From Trichinella spiralis (taxonomy: Eukaryota), in assembly GCF_000181795.1 (NCBI RefSeq), contig NW_003526943.1, positions 5,220,588 through 5,284,587 on the forward strand: a DNA stretch of 64,000 bases, written 5' to 3'. Every line of letters begins with the position of its first letter. Within the stretch, counting starts at the first letter, position 1. The position numbers were made by a program, and so were the translations under genes. The notes under the pieces were generated by a model. That model made no database searches. It was not told where the DNA came from and was given only the letters and a program-made list of their open reading frames with translations. This document shows positions 61,721-64,000 of the stretch, one piece after another.

Positions 61721-64000
61721 TGCCTATTTCCAAAGAAAGTCTGCTAAGTTCATTTATTAAAAAAAATTTTTATCAGAATTCAAAGTTCAATACTGACAGT
61801 AAAAAGTTTCAAAAGCAAATCAATAAATATGATGAACCAGATATGTGTATAATTTAAATGTAAATGCTACTTTAAATATTTGTTGCATGAGCATTATTAA
61901 TATTATTCTTTATGCATATTTTCAAAGAAAACAAAAAACATATTTAATTTCACCATGCGCTTTGTGCAGTTTAGGACAAAATCTACATAACAATACTTTT
62001 GTTTAAACAGCGTATATTTTTAGTGGTCATTTGTATACTAGGCGTTTCAAATAAAAGCAAGCAAATATATATGTATCAGCACAAAAAGCCAAATGTCATG
62101 ACAGATTTTTAAATGACAACATTCACAGTTAATTTACTTAAATTGTAACTTTATAGCAAAATTAAATGATCGTGACAGATAAGCTAGCAAGCACGCTTGA
62201 TAGTGAAATGTATTTATCGAGTGCTTTCTCACTGAGGATGCAGTGTCAGTTGACTTTCTTATCAGTTACATAAAAAGAATTAAATTATTATAAAATTAGT
62301 AAATTAATGTGTCAAATATGCAGTTGTAATTAGGTATAATCAAGAGAACAAATGTTGATATTACCTACAGAGTCATTACTGAGGTTAAATCTGTGAAACT
62401 ATTATCTGCTTAACAAAGCTTACGGAACTACAATGCTGGATCAGTTTATAATAAGGAAATGATCCGTAGTAATGATTTTTTGTTCACACTGTCATAGCAT
62501 TTGTCACTGTAAGTAGTGCAACATTTGCCGTTAGGTAAAGTGCTCTTTTTTCTGTACTGTAAACAACGTTGATTTTTTTCTTACATCATTCTTTAAACAT
62601 TCACAACTGCGCTGAATTCCAAGAAATTAACAAAATAACACAACTTATAAAGCACATTAAAACAACAAATTTGAAAGCTTTTTTATTTTTAAATTTTGTT
62701 TTGCATTAAAATGAATTAAAGTAAAAATATTTCTTTCTTTCTTTGCACCAAAGTTCAGAACTACAGAAAAAAAATCAAGTAACATCATACCGATTTGAAA
62801 GTTGACCACCGAAAGGAAATCTGACAACTCATCTACATTCCTTCTGACTCAGGTGGGCGATGTTGTACCAAATGGAAAACGACTGACAACGTCAGCTTGA
62901 TGCCAGACTATAATAATAAAGAAATAATTGTGTTGATGACCACTGGGAATAGGTCACAGTTTGCCTAACCATACGTAGAGTTGAGGTAATAAATAATATT
63001 ATTTTTGAAAAACTTAAAAAATATAAAAATATCAACAGAAAATATCCAACGCATGCTGAAAAATATATTTATTACAGAATAACAAAGTAAAAGATGCTGA
63101 GATGCTGTTGAATAGTAAAAAGTGCGTTTTTGCATTTCCTTAGTGCCTCCTAGTCAGCATTGCAATTATCTATAATTATTTCCGACTCTGATCGGTGTCT
63201 TTTATCTTTCATATGGTCAGGTCGCTCAAGGGACAGCTTCAGTCAGAAATCAATCTTACAAAGATCACAAGACTGCTGCAGTTGCAGCTGGAAAGTAACT
63301 AAAACTTAAAGGTACCCGATGAGTCGATTTTCCATTTTAAACGGACCTACCAATTAAGCGCTTTGTTGTTGACTCTGCAACCAGCTACTGCAGTACTAGT
63401 TATAAGAAAGGCAAACTGATGTGATACTGTTTAAAGGCTTGGTTGCTAAGCAGGGATGGACCATCAGCTATTTTAGATGTTTCCCTTTATCGACTCTTCA
63501 GCTCTAGTCTAGAATCCGGGAAGTGTCAGTAAATTGGAGAAACGGGTCGATTGTGCATTCGAGCACAAAGCTTCCATGTTTCCGGCCAGTAAACGCCGTT
63601 CATCCAACTATCGACTACTGTTCGACAAAGGCTTACTTCTCAAAGCAAACTGACCTACCTCACCAATTTGTGTTTTTGAAGAAAGTCGATCAAAATAAAA
63701 ATGCTGAAAGCTTAAGTTTATCAGTTCAAACTATATTTTTGTTTTTTTATCAATCAAAATTCTCCTATATGTTTACATGGAACTATGTGCAAACTGTAGG
63801 TAGCATCATGGAAAATCTGCAACTGAAATGCATGCAAATAGTGATAGTAAAGAAGATGTGAAACAAAAAAATTTCTTATTACATTTAACCAATTTATGTT
63901 TTTTTTTCAATTTATTTCTAATTCAAACTGGTAACTGCTCAAAACAGGTAATCAGAAAGTATGCTAACGCAGTAGAAGAAAACTGAAAATATGAATTTAA

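Noticed and set aside
63100..63861. GC-richer patch with a 112-aa ORF
   Set aside because: GTG start, no motif and no exon chain; may be an eroded repeat or a distal Dll enhancer, but neither is supported
1..64000. CRISPR arrays, tRNA/rRNA genes, prokaryotic operons or defence systems
   Set aside because: No repeat-spacer periodicity, cloverleaf or rRNA-like tract was seen; the tRNA-like 16-18-mers are retrotransposon primer-binding sites and the genes are spliceosomal

Overview
AT-rich eukaryotic genomic DNA with short (~50-70 nt) introns and TTTTCAG/TTTTTAG acceptors. Gene content and style point to a nematode, most likely a clade I species such as Trichinella (inference). It is a draft assembly with an 852-N gap and low-quality flanks. 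Nine protein-coding genes can be built by hand: a TAF1A-like gene, a DPY-31/NAS-35 astacin, an OATP/SLCO transporter, an intronless GAR-1/GAR-2-type muscarinic receptor, a double heme-peroxidase with a degenerate first domain, INTS14, an M14 zinc carboxypeptidase, nucleoredoxin and Distal-less. A tenth is a secreted cystine-knot protein (Spaetzle/neurotrophin/PTTH-trunk-like). Its signal peptide appears to come from two micro-exons 5-6 kb upstream, and its first intron holds a DR4-type nuclear-receptor element. Also present are two decayed BEL/Pao LTR retrotransposons with recognisable tRNA primer-binding sites and a Tigger/pogo-like MITE. All family assignments rest on motif recognition from memory; no database search was run.
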